A DNA stretch of 64,000 bases from an uncultured Pelagibacteraceae bacterium. Lineage in GTDB: Bacteria; Pseudomonadota; Alphaproteobacteria; Pelagibacterales; AG-422-B15. The translations under genes and the position numbers were made by a program. This document shows, piece by piece, positions 20,263-30,858 of this stretch; the stretch's first letter is position 1, and every line of letters begins with the position of its first letter. The DNA lies in the NCBI GenBank assembly GCA_902526565.1, contig CABZLP010000001.1:133048-197047 (forward strand). The letters run 5' to 3'. The notes under the pieces are model-generated. The model had not been told where the DNA came from. It saw only the letters and a program-made list of their open reading frames with translations, and did not search any database.

Positions 20263-21503
20263 TGTTAAAAAATTTACCTAAAGATTTTATATGGGGTACT
20301 GCAACTGCAGCACACCAAGTTGAAGGAAACAATACTAATTCAGATTTTTGGCACTTAGAACATACTAAAGATACAACATTTGCTGAACCATCAGGTATTG
20401 CTTGTGATCAATGGAATAAATATGAAGAAGATATCGATATTATGGCTGATCATTCCATTCAAGCTTATCGCTTATCAGTTGAATGGGCTCGAATTGAAAC
20501 CAGTGAAGGTGAATTTTCTCAAGAGGCAATAGATCACTACAAAAAAGTTCTAGATTATTGTAGAGAGAAAGGCTTGAAAACTTGTGTAACCCTTCAACAC
20601 TTTACATCGCCACTATGGTTTACTGCAAGAGGTGGATGGGAAAATCAGAATAACGTAGATTTATTTGTTCGATACTCAGAAAAAGTATCAAAAGAATTGG
20701 ACGATTATATGGATACAGTATGTACGATTAATGAGGCAAACCTAACCTCTTGTTTTGCTCATAGTTTTCCTAGCTATCCAGAGGGTGGAATGAAAACCAT
20801 TATGCCTTTTGTTAGTGAAGCAGCAGAAACATGTGGCTCAAGCCTTGAAAACTTTGGACCTTTTTTGTTTGGACATCCATTCAAAATAAGAGATTGCATG
20901 ATGGAGGCTCACGTAAAGTCATTTCCAGTTATTAAAGGTAACTTGAATAAAAATCAACCAGTTGGAATCACACTTTCAATTATGGATTACCAATGTATTG
21001 ATGGTGGGGAAGCAATGAGAGATAAAGCTCATGCCGAGTCTGTAGACATTTGCTTGGATCAGGTAAAAAATGATGACTTTATAGGCATACAAACATACAC
21101 GCGTCATACATATGGTCCTGAAGGAATTATTAAACCTAACACAAATAATTCAACCATGCTCGTGATGGGATATGAATACTATCCAGAGTCACTTGAAAAT
21201 GTCTTGAGATACGTAGCACCTAAAATTAATTGTCCAATGATTGTGACTGAAAATGGAATTGGTACCGATGATGATGAACAAAGAATAAGCTATGTCAAAA
21301 CAGCACTAGAGGGTCTTCAAAGCTGTATCGATGATGGCCTCGATATAAGAGGTTATTATTATTGGTCATTCCTTGATAATTTTGAGTGGTTGTATGGATA
21401 TAAGCCAAGATTTGGACTTATTGAAGTTGATAGAGAAACTCTTGAAAGAAAAAGTAAAAACAGTTTAAAGTTTTATCAAGAAATTATTGAGAAATCATCT
21501 TAA
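20259..21503 (+). CDS. Glycoside hydrolase family 1 (beta-glucosidase/beta-galactosidase)
   Basis: FIWGTATAAHQVEG, TINE (acid/base), VTENG (nucleophile), DNFEW. Confidence 0.9.
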   Translation: MMLKNLPKDFIWGTATAAHQVEGNNTNSDFWHLEHTKDTTFAEPSGIACDQWNKYEEDIDIMADHSIQAYRLSVEWARIETSEGEFSQEAIDHYKKVLDYCREKGLKTCVTLQHFTSPLWFTARGGWENQNNVDLFVRYSEKVSKELDDYMDTVCTINEANLTSCFAHSFPSYPEGGMKTIMPFVSEAAETCGSSLENFGPFLFGHPFKIRDCMMEAHVKSFPVIKGNLNKNQPVGITLSIMDYQCIDGGEAMRDKAHAESVDICLDQVKNDDFIGIQTYTRHTYGPEGIIKPNTNNSTMLVMGYEYYPESLENVLRYVAPKINCPMIVTENGIGTDDDEQRISYVKTALEGLQSCIDDGLDIRGYYYWSFLDNFEWLYGYKPRFGLIEVDRETLERKSKNSLKFYQEIIEKSS

Positions 21504-21935
21504 TTAGATCTGATCACTCTTAGCTTGATTGAGAAAACAGCCATTAATAAGCCAGCTATCATCTTCTTGCTGTTGCATCGTATAAATTGCAGTTACAAAT
21601 ATGCCATCTGGGTCAACTAAATAGACTTCAAGAAAAGTGGTTCCCCCTTGGGTTGTAACGTTTCCAAAGTTTATACTTTTTGGTCTATACACAGCTTGAT
21701 ATTGACCCACTACCATATCTCTAAACTTTTTATAATCAGAAAAGATAGTTTTAATTGTCGGAGAAGCATATGAATATGCTTTTTCAAAATCATCATCTTG
21801 AAATGCCTGCAGTTGTGCACTTACCACTGATATTATTTCTTCCTCATCTGATGCAGTAATGGCATACGCACCATTCTGAATTACGATGGATAAGATTAAT
21901 ACTTGAAAATAGTTTAATATTTTAGTCTTCAACAT
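21504..21935 (-). CDS. DUF4864-family exported protein
   Basis: Signal peptide; QLQAF..DD...AYSYASP...F..MV...Y and WLINGC. Confidence 0.7.
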   Translation of the reverse strand: MLKTKILNYFQVLILSIVIQNGAYAITASDEEEIISVVSAQLQAFQDDDFEKAYSYASPTIKTIFSDYKKFRDMVVGQYQAVYRPKSINFGNVTTQGGTTFLEVYLVDPDGIFVTAIYTMQQQEDDSWLINGCFLNQAKSDQI

Positions 21936-22293
21936 CAGAAAACATCTTTAGTTTTCTCGCTTTTAGAATAAGTACTGCAATTGCAATGAGCAGTATTGCG
22001 CCACCCTCATACAATAACATGCTAGGATCCATTGTCTTACCTTGAAGTATAATTAATCTAGCTACGGCAGTAATTGCAATAAACAACGGAATGCTTATTC
22101 TAATTCTATTAAGAGTCCAGTACTCTCTGATCATTTGAATAACTTCTAAGTAAATAAAAAGTAATAATAAATCAGCTAATTCAACAAGCGATTTCTCATA
22201 CATTGCGAATATCTCATAACCAATAGCTATAACTGTTGCAAAAATAATTATTACTAAAGCAATTTTCTCAATGTATTTTATCGTATCAATCAT
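21922..22293 (-). CDS. PsiE-family membrane protein
   Basis: [10 protein letters not shown] and [11 protein letters not shown] motifs. Confidence 0.8.
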   Translation of the reverse strand: MIDTIKYIEKIALVIIIFATVIAIGYEIFAMYEKSLVELADLLLLFIYLEVIQMIREYWTLNRIRISIPLFIAITAVARLIILQGKTMDPSMLLYEGGAILLIAIAVLILKARKLKMFSDVED

Positions 22294-23471
22294 AAAATTT
22301 CAAAAAGTCCTGCCGCTCCCATTCCACCGCCAACGCACATTGTGACGACACCATATTTTGCATTTCTTCTTTTGCCCTCTATTAAAATATGACCCGTCAT
22401 ACGTGAACCTGTCATACCGTATGGGTGTCCAATTGAGATTGAACCACCATTAACATTCATTTTATCGTTATCGATTCCAAGCTTATCACGGCAATATAAG
22501 ACTTGAACAGCAAAAGCTTCATTTAGTTCCCAAATGTCAATATCATCAACAGATAAGCCGTGTTGTTTTAGCAATTTTGGCACAGCAAAAACTGGACCAA
22601 TACCCATTTCATCCGGTTCGCAAGCTGCGACTGACAATCCTCTAAAAATTCCCATTGGTTCAATGTTTCTTTTTTCTGCTTCTTTCAAATCCATTAAGAC
22701 ACACGATGATGCTCCATCAGATAACTGACTTGCGTTACCTGCAGTAACATATTTATCAGGTCCCATGACTGGCATGAGTCCGGCTAAACTTTCTAAGGTT
22801 GTCTGAGGTCTGTTACATTCATCTTTATCAACTGTTACTTCTTGTTCAGTAACTTCCTTTGTTTCTTTGTTCATGACGTCCATTTTTGTTTTCAAAGGAA
22901 CGATTTCATCTGTAAATTTTCCAGCGCTTTGCGCTTCAGCAGTACGCTGTTGACTCTGAAGTGAGTATTCATCTTGCTGCTCCCTGCTTACTTTGTATCT
23001 ATCTGCAACAATATCTGCTGTATTAATCATTGGCATCCATAAAGCAGGGCAGATTTTTTGCAATTCAGGCTCTATTAGGTATTTCATATTTAAGTTCTGC
23101 TGAGTCATTGAAATTGACTCAACTCCACCGCCTATTGCAACTTTGATACCGTCAACAATAATCCTTTGAGCTGCAACAGCAATACTTTGAAGTCCCGATG
23201 AACAAAATCTATTGATTGTAGTACCAGGAACAGTAACAGGGCATCCGCCAGCTATCGCTACATTTCTTCCAATATTATGGCCTGTTGCCGCTTCGGGTTG
23301 TCCACAACCAAATATAATATCTTCTACTTCACCAGATTCTATTCCTGCTCTTTCAATTGCATGCTTTACAGTATGACCACCCATCGTAATTCCATGAGTT
23401 TTATTAAATCCACCACGCATGGCTTTTGCTAATCCAGTTCTGGCAGTTGATATTATTGCAGCTTCTCTCAT
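22290..23471 (-). CDS. Acetyl-CoA C-acyltransferase (thiolase, PimB-like)
   Basis: NRFCSSG, ELNEAF, GHPYG, CVGGGMG. Confidence 0.93.
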   Translation of the reverse strand: MREAAIISTARTGLAKAMRGGFNKTHGITMGGHTVKHAIERAGIESGEVEDIIFGCGQPEAATGHNIGRNVAIAGGCPVTVPGTTINRFCSSGLQSIAVAAQRIIVDGIKVAIGGGVESISMTQQNLNMKYLIEPELQKICPALWMPMINTADIVADRYKVSREQQDEYSLQSQQRTAEAQSAGKFTDEIVPLKTKMDVMNKETKEVTEQEVTVDKDECNRPQTTLESLAGLMPVMGPDKYVTAGNASQLSDGASSCVLMDLKEAEKRNIEPMGIFRGLSVAACEPDEMGIGPVFAVPKLLKQHGLSVDDIDIWELNEAFAVQVLYCRDKLGIDNDKMNVNGGSISIGHPYGMTGSRMTGHILIEGKRRNAKYGVVTMCVGGGMGAAGLFEIL

Positions 23472-23683
23472 ACTATTATTTCCCTGAAAATATTAAAAAA
23501 CGTAACATAAACTTTTTATATGAAAAAAAAAGTTAAAATTTAATATATCTTAAGACGCTTAAAATAGCCTCATATTTTGGCATATATATTTCTTTATTAT
23601 GCTTGACCAGATTTAATTACGAGGCTAAAAATTCGCATTCTTCAAAATACACGATCTTTAAAATGGTAATGCTTAAAACAGAA

Positions 23684-24100
23684 ATGTCTCTTCCTAACTG
23701 GGTTCCTGAAGGTTATAAAAAACTCGGGTGGCATGCAGGTTTTGATGTACTAATTGGACCAATGTATTTCAAAAAAGAAGATGATGGAAACTTTAAATTC
23801 ATTACAAAAATTTTAGACAAACACTTGAATGCTCATGGAATTGCACATGGGGGATACTCAATGTCATTAGCTGATATTTTTTTAGGTTCAATGGTGTTTA
23901 CTGCGTGTGGAAAGAAACCTTGTAGTACTATCTCTTTAAATTGCAATTTTGTAAGCCCAGGTCTTCAAGATGACATTATTGAGTGTGATGGAAAAGTTAC
24001 AAAAACAACAAAATCTCTTGTATTCGTAGAAGGAAACTTGATCTCAAAAGATAAAGTTATTTTGTCAGCTTCAGGTATCTGGAAAATACTTAATCAATAA
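23684..24100 (+). CDS. PaaI-family hotdog thioesterase
   Basis: HLNAHGIAHGG...D motif; start uncertain (ATG at 23663, 23669 or 23684). Confidence 0.8.
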   Translation: MSLPNWVPEGYKKLGWHAGFDVLIGPMYFKKEDDGNFKFITKILDKHLNAHGIAHGGYSMSLADIFLGSMVFTACGKKPCSTISLNCNFVSPGLQDDIIECDGKVTKTTKSLVFVEGNLISKDKVILSASGIWKILNQ

Positions 24101-24621
24101 TATTTGATAAATCTCTCTAGGCTTATATAAGTTTTAATATCGGAAAACTTATTGTTTCTTAACATTTGTTCTATTTCGCTTATTGAGAAGATTTTTGTTT
24201 CTAAGACCTCGTCTTCATCAAAATTTGTTTCTGAATGTTTATAACAATGTGTTAAATATGAATGAATAACACATGTATTGTAAGCTGGAGTAGGATAGTA
24301 TTTGCCTATAAGGCTCCATTGCTTTCCATGATAACCAGTTTCTTCAATTAATTCACGTTTTGCGCATTGTAATGGTTTTTCATCAGAATCAATCGTTCCT
24401 GCTGGTACTTCTAACATGATCTTGTCAGCTCCATACCTGTACTGCTTGATCAAGACAATATATTGCTTTTCTACAATTGGCACTATAGCAGTTATCCCAT
24501 TATGGCGAATAATATCTCTTGTAGCCCTTCTACCATTTACCCAAATAACTTCATCTAACTGAAGTTTAAATACGCTCGTATCAATACTTTTTTTTGTTTT
24601 AATAAATTTTGCTTTTTTCAT
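24094..24621 (-). CDS. NUDIX hydrolase (ADP-ribose pyrophosphatase-like)
   Basis: QYRY, Nudix box PAGTIDSDEKPLQCAKRELIEETG. Confidence 0.85.
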   Translation of the reverse strand: MKKAKFIKTKKSIDTSVFKLQLDEVIWVNGRRATRDIIRHNGITAIVPIVEKQYIVLIKQYRYGADKIMLEVPAGTIDSDEKPLQCAKRELIEETGYHGKQWSLIGKYYPTPAYNTCVIHSYLTHCYKHSETNFDEDEVLETKIFSISEIEQMLRNNKFSDIKTYISLERFIKYY

Positions 24622-24622
24622 T

Positions 24623-25120
24623 TTATTTTTGAAATTGACGCATATTAATAAATTCTACTTTTGAATGATACTCTTCAATAAGATTAATCAAATCACTTGG
24701 TGCAATTGAAACTGTCGCAGTATTAACAAGTGGATGAAAGTTAACAATATCAAAGTTCATAAATTCCGAGTCAAAGAAGAATTTAACTTTTTTTTCATAA
24801 TCGTTAACTAATCCAAATGGCGATACAGATCCTGGCTTAATTCCTAAATATTGCATAAGATATTCTTCTCTCGCAAATGATAGTTTCTTTGAGCCCAGCG
24901 GAATTTCAGCTTTCTTAAGATTGGCAACAATATCTTCGATGAAGCTAACTAAATAAAAATTATCTTTTTTATCCTTTAAGAAGAGATTCTTTGAGTGAGC
25001 TCCTTCGATCTGACCTCTTAAATTTTTTGAGTCCTCCACTGTAAATAAAGGTTTATGTTCAGTTAGTTTAAATTGAATAGATTTCTTATTGAGTAAGTCT
25101 ATTAAGCCCTCTCGATCCAT
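24623..25120 (-). CDS. YbaK/ProX (PrdX) aminoacyl-tRNA deacylase
   Basis: KNLFLKDKK, GSVSPFGL, NFHPLVN. Confidence 0.85.
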   Translation of the reverse strand: MDREGLIDLLNKKSIQFKLTEHKPLFTVEDSKNLRGQIEGAHSKNLFLKDKKDNFYLVSFIEDIVANLKKAEIPLGSKKLSFAREEYLMQYLGIKPGSVSPFGLVNDYEKKVKFFFDSEFMNFDIVNFHPLVNTATVSIAPSDLINLIEEYHSKVEFINMRQFQK

Positions 25121-25122
25121 TA

Positions 25123-25992
25123 TTAACAGAACTTTTGAAGATTTTTTTTATACTGCGAATCTGGATATTTACTAATGATTAATCTGAATTTCTTTTTTGA
25201 AATCCAACCATTTTTTAAAGCAACTAATTCAATTGAGCCCACAAGGGTTTTTTTATTTCCTTGATATCTTTGAACATAATTAGAGGCCTCAAGCATTTCC
25301 TCCGCATCGCCTGTATCAAACCATTTTATATCTTTTTTGAGTGAGAACACATTAAGCAGTTGTTTCTCAAAATATGCTAGATGTACGTCAACGATTTCTA
25401 ACTCTCCTCTTTTAGAAGGTTTAAGTTTTCTAATTACATGTTTAGATTCGGCATCATAAAAATATAATCCAGGTATCGTTAAATTACTTTTAGGTTTCTT
25501 TGGTTTTTCAGTAATTGATTTGATTTTACCTTTTTTCGCCAGATCAATCACTGCAGATTTTGAGGGATACTTAGTTTTTACAGCTAAGACTGCTGCGCCC
25601 GATTTTATCGATTGCACTTGCTTAAGTGTTTCTTGAAAACTGTCTCCAATAAAAAGATTATCCGCCAAGGCTAAAGCAAATGGTTGTTGAGATATAAATT
25701 TACTAGCAACATTGATTGCATCAGGTATGCCCTTTGGTTTTGTCTGAAAAGAATATTTAAAGCGCATCCCTAATTGATTACCTGTACCAAAAAGTTTCTT
25801 AAATCTTGGTACATCCTGTTTGCGTGAAATAAATAATACTTCCCTAATACCCGCACTCATTAAATTGGACAATGCATAGAAAAGCAATGGCTTATCGTAT
25901 AAAGGCAATAAAGGTTTTGGTGCTGCTTCAGTTGATGGAAATAGTCGAGTTCCCTTACCTGCGGCAAGAATAATTCCTTTTTTAAATCTCAT
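25123..25992 (-). CDS. rfbA: Glucose-1-phosphate thymidylyltransferase-like nucleotidyltransferase (RmlA/RfbA family)
   Basis: GIILAAGKGTRL, LLPLYDKP, EKP, RGELEI, WFDTG. Confidence 0.75.
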   Translation of the reverse strand: MRFKKGIILAAGKGTRLFPSTEAAPKPLLPLYDKPLLFYALSNLMSAGIREVLFISRKQDVPRFKKLFGTGNQLGMRFKYSFQTKPKGIPDAINVASKFISQQPFALALADNLFIGDSFQETLKQVQSIKSGAAVLAVKTKYPSKSAVIDLAKKGKIKSITEKPKKPKSNLTIPGLYFYDAESKHVIRKLKPSKRGELEIVDVHLAYFEKQLLNVFSLKKDIKWFDTGDAEEMLEASNYVQRYQGNKKTLVGSIELVALKNGWISKKKFRLIISKYPDSQYKKNLQKFC

Positions 25993-26012
25993 TTAAATTT
26001 TTTATATCTGAT

Positions 26013-26867
26013 TTACTGCTTATCAGATTTACGTTTTAGAAAATTTTTATTTCTTAAGTTTCTATATTCAGGATCTTTTTTTTGCATTTTTGCCATCATG
26101 GTGTTCATGACATCTTCTTTATGAAGAGTTGCTGCATTCCATAATGCTACATTTTCTAATCCCTCTTTTACTGAATGATCTCTAGAGTAATTTAAAACTT
26201 CTTTAGTAACCCACATGGCTAAAGGTGTTTTTGAAGCAAGTCTTTCAGCAATTTTAAATGCACTATCCAGCATTTCTTCATGGTTTTCATGAAGAGAACT
26301 TACAAGTCCTACCTCTTTTGCTCTATCTGCAGAAACTTTTTCTCCCATCATTGTCCATTCTCTCGCAATGCCAGCAGGAATAATTTTAGGTAATCTTTGA
26401 ATAGTGCCAATATCTGCAGCAAGTCCAACATTAATTTCCTCTATTAAAAAGAAAGCATCTTTTGTACATAATCTAATATCAGCAGCAGTGATCAAGTCTA
26501 TTCCTCCACCAATACATCCACCTTGAACAGCTGCTATTACTGGAAACCTAGCTGTTTCTAAACAAGTAGCTGCGTTCTGTAAATAATGTAGCTGTTGTAA
26601 GAAGTAACCTCTGCTTCTTCCAAGTTCATTTTCACTCTGGTTTTCAACTACATCATCCTTAAACATATTCAAATCTATGCCAGATGAAAAGTGAGGTCCT
26701 GTAGACGAAACAACTAAGGCTCTGATTTCACCACTACTGTCTAATTCTTCAACTTCTTTCGGAAATAAATTCCAAAAATCCTCATTCATTGAGTTTCTTT
26801 TCTCAGGCCTGTTAAACCTTATATGAGCTATAGAATTGTTTATTTCGACATCAAATGGTTTGGACAT
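26013..26867 (-). CDS. Crotonase-family protein, Delta3,5-Delta2,4-dienoyl-CoA isomerase (ECH1)-like
   Basis: FSSGIDL and GGGIDLITAADIR...E..VGLAADIGTIQRLPK. Confidence 0.8.
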   Translation of the reverse strand: MSKPFDVEINNSIAHIRFNRPEKRNSMNEDFWNLFPKEVEELDSSGEIRALVVSSTGPHFSSGIDLNMFKDDVVENQSENELGRSRGYFLQQLHYLQNAATCLETARFPVIAAVQGGCIGGGIDLITAADIRLCTKDAFFLIEEINVGLAADIGTIQRLPKIIPAGIAREWTMMGEKVSADRAKEVGLVSSLHENHEEMLDSAFKIAERLASKTPLAMWVTKEVLNYSRDHSVKEGLENVALWNAATLHKEDVMNTMMAKMQKKDPEYRNLRNKNFLKRKSDKQ

Positions 26868-26940
26868 ATTTTTTACTCGCATTAAATATTTGAACTATAT
26901 AAACTATATATATATTAAAACTTACTAAAATACATAAAAA

Positions 26941-27789
26941 ATGCCTATTAATTACGAGGAAATAATGTCGATGACATCTGAGAATGTTGAAATTTCTTAC
27001 TCTGATAAGGATTCAATTCTCTATAGCCTTGGAGTTGGTCTAGGTAATGATCCAATGAATATGTCAGAGTTAAAATATGTTTATGAAAACTCGCAAGTTG
27101 CGTTACCATCAATGGCAACAAATTTTCAATATCATTCACCTCTACTTCTAAAAGCTAACATAAATTTCATTTTAGTTGTGCATGGTGAGCAAAAACTGTC
27201 TTTTACAAATCCCCTGCCAGTTTCTGGAGAATTTATTTCTAATGCTAAGGTAATAGGCTGCTATGATAAAGGTGCAGGCAAAGGTGCAGTCATTGATGTG
27301 GAGACTACAATAAATCTTAAAAAAGATAATACTGAAATCTGTAAACTTGTTAGCACAACATTTGCGAGGGGTGATGGAGGCTTTGGAGGTCCTGAGTCGC
27401 CAAAAAGTGAAATATTTAAACCAAAAGGTGATCCGGATATCATTCATGAAATTGCAACAAAGCCAGATCAGGCTTTAATATTTAGACTCTCAGGCGACTA
27501 TAATCCGTTGCACTCCGATCCAAATTTTGCAAAGTCTGCAGGATTTGAAAAGCCTATTCTTCATGGCATGTGCACTTATGGTATAGCTTGCCGCTCACTC
27601 GTAGAAACTTTATGTGAGGGTGATGCTAAAAGGTTAAAAAAATTTGATTGCCGTTTTTCATCCCCAGTATATCCTGGTGAAACAATCGTTACTGAAATGT
27701 GGAAGGACGGCAGTAAGGTGCATTATCAATCTAAAGTAAAAGAGCGAAATAAAATTGTGATTAAGAATGGAGTAAGTGAGGTAACATGA
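26941..27789 (+). CDS. (R)-specific enoyl-CoA hydratase 2 (double hotdog MaoC, MFE-2-like)
   Basis: HGEQ, RLSGDYNPLH, ILHGMCTYG. Confidence 0.85.
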   Translation: MPINYEEIMSMTSENVEISYSDKDSILYSLGVGLGNDPMNMSELKYVYENSQVALPSMATNFQYHSPLLLKANINFILVVHGEQKLSFTNPLPVSGEFISNAKVIGCYDKGAGKGAVIDVETTINLKKDNTEICKLVSTTFARGDGGFGGPESPKSEIFKPKGDPDIIHEIATKPDQALIFRLSGDYNPLHSDPNFAKSAGFEKPILHGMCTYGIACRSLVETLCEGDAKRLKKFDCRFSSPVYPGETIVTEMWKDGSKVHYQSKVKERNKIVIKNGVSEVT

Positions 27790-28973
27790 TACCAAAAGTA
27801 GGAATAGCAGAAGGAAAAGAGCCTTTATTTTATAATGACTCTCATCACGCTTGGAGAGATGAGGTCAGGAAATTTGTAGCTAAAGAAATAGCGCCATTTG
27901 TAGAAGAATGGGAAGAAGCAGGAGAATTCCCAAGAGAATTATATAAAAAAGCCGCTGAAGTTGGTCTGATGGGTATGGGTTATGATGAGAAATACGGTGG
28001 AACCACAGAAGGTATTGATATATTTCATGGTATTGTAACCGCAGAAGAGTTTGCACAAGGTTGCGGTGGTGTTTCTGCTAGCCTACTTTCACACAACATT
28101 GCAATTCCTTTAATTCAATCTCTTGGGACTGAAGAACAAAAAGAAAAATTTATACCACCCGTTGTGAAGGGTGAAAAAATAGCAGCACTTGCAATGACAG
28201 AGCCTTCAGGCGGCTCTGATGTTGCAAGTTTAAAAACGAAAGCTGTGAGAAAAGATGACCATTTTGTAGTTAACGGTTCAAAAATGTTTATTACAAGTGG
28301 TATGAGAGCAGATACTTTCGTTGTAGGGGTAAGAACTGGTGGTGCTGGAGCTTCGGGAATATCTGTACTTGTAATTGAAAAAGATACACCCGGCTTTACT
28401 CAAACCCCTCTCAAGAAAATGGGCTGGTTGAGCTCTGACACAGCAGTTCTGTACTTTGATGATTGCAAAGTGCCTGTTGAAAATTTAATTGGTGGCGAAA
28501 ATAGTGGTTGGATTGGTGTGATGGGTAATTTTAGCCAGGAAAGATTAGGCATGGCAGCAGGAATGAATGCTTATTCACAAATTTGTATTGATGAAGCTGT
28601 TGCTTGGGCTAGGGAAAGAAAAACTTTTGGCAAGCCACTCATCGATAATCAAGTTATCAAACATAAACTTGTTGAAATGAATAGAGTTGTAAGAACGTCT
28701 CGAGCATGGACTGAATTATTGTCTTGGAGAGTTATGAATGGAGAGAGCCCTATTGCCGATCTAGCCATGCTGAAGGTTCACGCAAGTAAAGCAATGGAGT
28801 TATGTGCTCGAGAAGCTATGCAAATACTTGGCGGTGCAGGATACCTGAGAGCAAACAGTGGTCCTGGTAAAGTTGAGAGAATCTATAGAGAAGTAAGAGT
28901 TAATGCAATTGGTGGTGGTTCAGAGGAAATTATGTATGACTTGGCTGCGAGACAATTAGGATACAGATCTTAA
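27786..28973 (+). CDS. Acyl-CoA dehydrogenase
   Basis: AMTEPSGGSD, GSKMFIT, RKTFGKPL, IGGGSEEI. Confidence 0.92.
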   Translation: MIPKVGIAEGKEPLFYNDSHHAWRDEVRKFVAKEIAPFVEEWEEAGEFPRELYKKAAEVGLMGMGYDEKYGGTTEGIDIFHGIVTAEEFAQGCGGVSASLLSHNIAIPLIQSLGTEEQKEKFIPPVVKGEKIAALAMTEPSGGSDVASLKTKAVRKDDHFVVNGSKMFITSGMRADTFVVGVRTGGAGASGISVLVIEKDTPGFTQTPLKKMGWLSSDTAVLYFDDCKVPVENLIGGENSGWIGVMGNFSQERLGMAAGMNAYSQICIDEAVAWARERKTFGKPLIDNQVIKHKLVEMNRVVRTSRAWTELLSWRVMNGESPIADLAMLKVHASKAMELCAREAMQILGGAGYLRANSGPGKVERIYREVRVNAIGGGSEEIMYDLAARQLGYRS

Positions 28974-30743
28974 TTAAAACTCAGCTACTTCCATATCCAT
29001 CATTGATGATTTACCTGCCTGCACTTTTTTAGAATACATCACTAATTCTGGCATAATTTTTTCTACAAAGTATGTGCCTGTTTTTATCTTATTCTTGTGA
29101 ATTGGCTCATTTTTTCCCATTGAGAACTTAGCCATTCTAGCCCACATGTAAGTCATCGAAGATAAAGCCAATAAATTAAGATAATCCGTTGCTGATGATA
29201 GAGCGTTTTCAGGATCCTGCATTCCATTTTGCATTAGCCACATAGTTGAAGTGGTGACTTCTTTTAGAGCATTTTCTAGAGGCTTTATGAAGGTTGCGAT
29301 TTCATTATTATCTTTATTTTCATTTAAAAAGCTTTGAACTTCTTTTTGAAAGTTTTGTAACATTCTCCCTTTGTGCATTGTGAGTTTTCTTCCCACTAAA
29401 TCTAATGCTTGAATACCATTAGTACCTTCATAAATCATAGTAATTCTTACATCTCTCAGGTATTGTTCAAGAGGGTATTCCTGCGTAAAACCGCTACCTC
29501 CAAGTACTTGAAGACTTTCAGAACAATTCATAAAACCTTTTTCTGTACAGTAAGCTTTTATTATCGGCGTCATTAAAGCCGCAAAATCATCAGCATCCTG
29601 TCTTACTTGCTCATCAGGGTGATCTTCTGCGAGATCAATTTTCATAGCTGTATATATACAAAGTGCTCTCATTGCTTCAGTAGTTGATTTAACATTCATC
29701 AGCATTCGTCTAACATCAGGGTGAACGAGAATGCTGTCTGCTTTACTATCTGGATCCTGTTTCTCTTTGACTACTGATCTCATCTGCTTTCGTTCTTTAG
29801 CGAAATCTAATGCATTTTGATAAGAAATTTCAGACATGGCTATTGCTTGTAAACCAACTTTCAGCCTAGCATCGTTCATCATTAAAAACATTGCTTCCAT
29901 ACCTTTATTTTCTTCACCAACAAGCCAACCTTTTGCATTATCTAGATTCATAACACATGTTGGTGATGAGTTAATACCAAGTTTATGCTCTAAACCACCA
30001 CAAAAAATAGGATTCCTCGAATTATCATCTAATCTCTTTGGAACTAAAAATAGACTTATACCTTTTATTCCTGCTGGCGCGTCGGGTGTGCGAGCTAAAA
30101 CAAGGTGAATTATATTTTCTGTAAGGTCATGTTCGCCGAATGAAATCCATATCTTTTGACCATTTAGTTCGTAATGATTATCAATTGGTTTTGCTGTTGT
30201 TTTGATTAAACCTAAATCAGTTCCACATTGTGGCTCGGTAAGACACATAGTTCCCATCCACTCACCTGAGGTCATGTTTGGCAAATACTTATCTTTCAAC
30301 TCTTCACTAGCCTTTTTAAGTATTGTTTTCATTGCGCCATGACTAAGTCCTGGACCCATATAAAATGCCATGTTAGACGCGATCCCGACTTCTCCTGCGA
30401 GTATGGCTGTTGTAAAAGGAGCTCCACCTCCTCCATATTGAGTTGGCATCGTAGCCCCTACATAACCAGAGTTCTTCACAACCTGGTAAATTTTTTTAAA
30501 CGCTTCAGGTGTATGAACCTCTGGGCCTTCTGGGCCATCAGGAAGATATTTAAGACCTTCTCGATCACCAATTTTGTTACTTTCGACAACCTCTAATTCA
30601 TTCAGACGGCCGATCTCACCAACAACACTCATTAGCGTATCAGAGTCATAATCCTTGAATTTATCAATACCTGCAATGACCTCGTCATAATTGAGCATAG
30701 CAAGGTTATATTTGAAATCTTCTATTGGACTTTTGTAGGACAT
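28974..30743 (-). CDS. Long-form acyl-CoA dehydrogenase (DmdC/FadE5-like)
   Basis: TMCLTEPQCGTDL, HPDVRRML, IYEGTNGIQALDLVGRK. Confidence 0.88.
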   Translation of the reverse strand: MSYKSPIEDFKYNLAMLNYDEVIAGIDKFKDYDSDTLMSVVGEIGRLNELEVVESNKIGDREGLKYLPDGPEGPEVHTPEAFKKIYQVVKNSGYVGATMPTQYGGGGAPFTTAILAGEVGIASNMAFYMGPGLSHGAMKTILKKASEELKDKYLPNMTSGEWMGTMCLTEPQCGTDLGLIKTTAKPIDNHYELNGQKIWISFGEHDLTENIIHLVLARTPDAPAGIKGISLFLVPKRLDDNSRNPIFCGGLEHKLGINSSPTCVMNLDNAKGWLVGEENKGMEAMFLMMNDARLKVGLQAIAMSEISYQNALDFAKERKQMRSVVKEKQDPDSKADSILVHPDVRRMLMNVKSTTEAMRALCIYTAMKIDLAEDHPDEQVRQDADDFAALMTPIIKAYCTEKGFMNCSESLQVLGGSGFTQEYPLEQYLRDVRITMIYEGTNGIQALDLVGRKLTMHKGRMLQNFQKEVQSFLNENKDNNEIATFIKPLENALKEVTTSTMWLMQNGMQDPENALSSATDYLNLLALSSMTYMWARMAKFSMGKNEPIHKNKIKTGTYFVEKIMPELVMYSKKVQAGKSSMMDMEVAEF

Positions 30744-30858
30744 AGGTTTATGAATAATTATTGTAATTTAATTTAAATATATAATCATTGTCTAATGAAT
30801 TGCAAATCTCTAATTTCGCTATCCATATCGTAGGGAAAAGTCTGAAAAGTGTAAAAAT

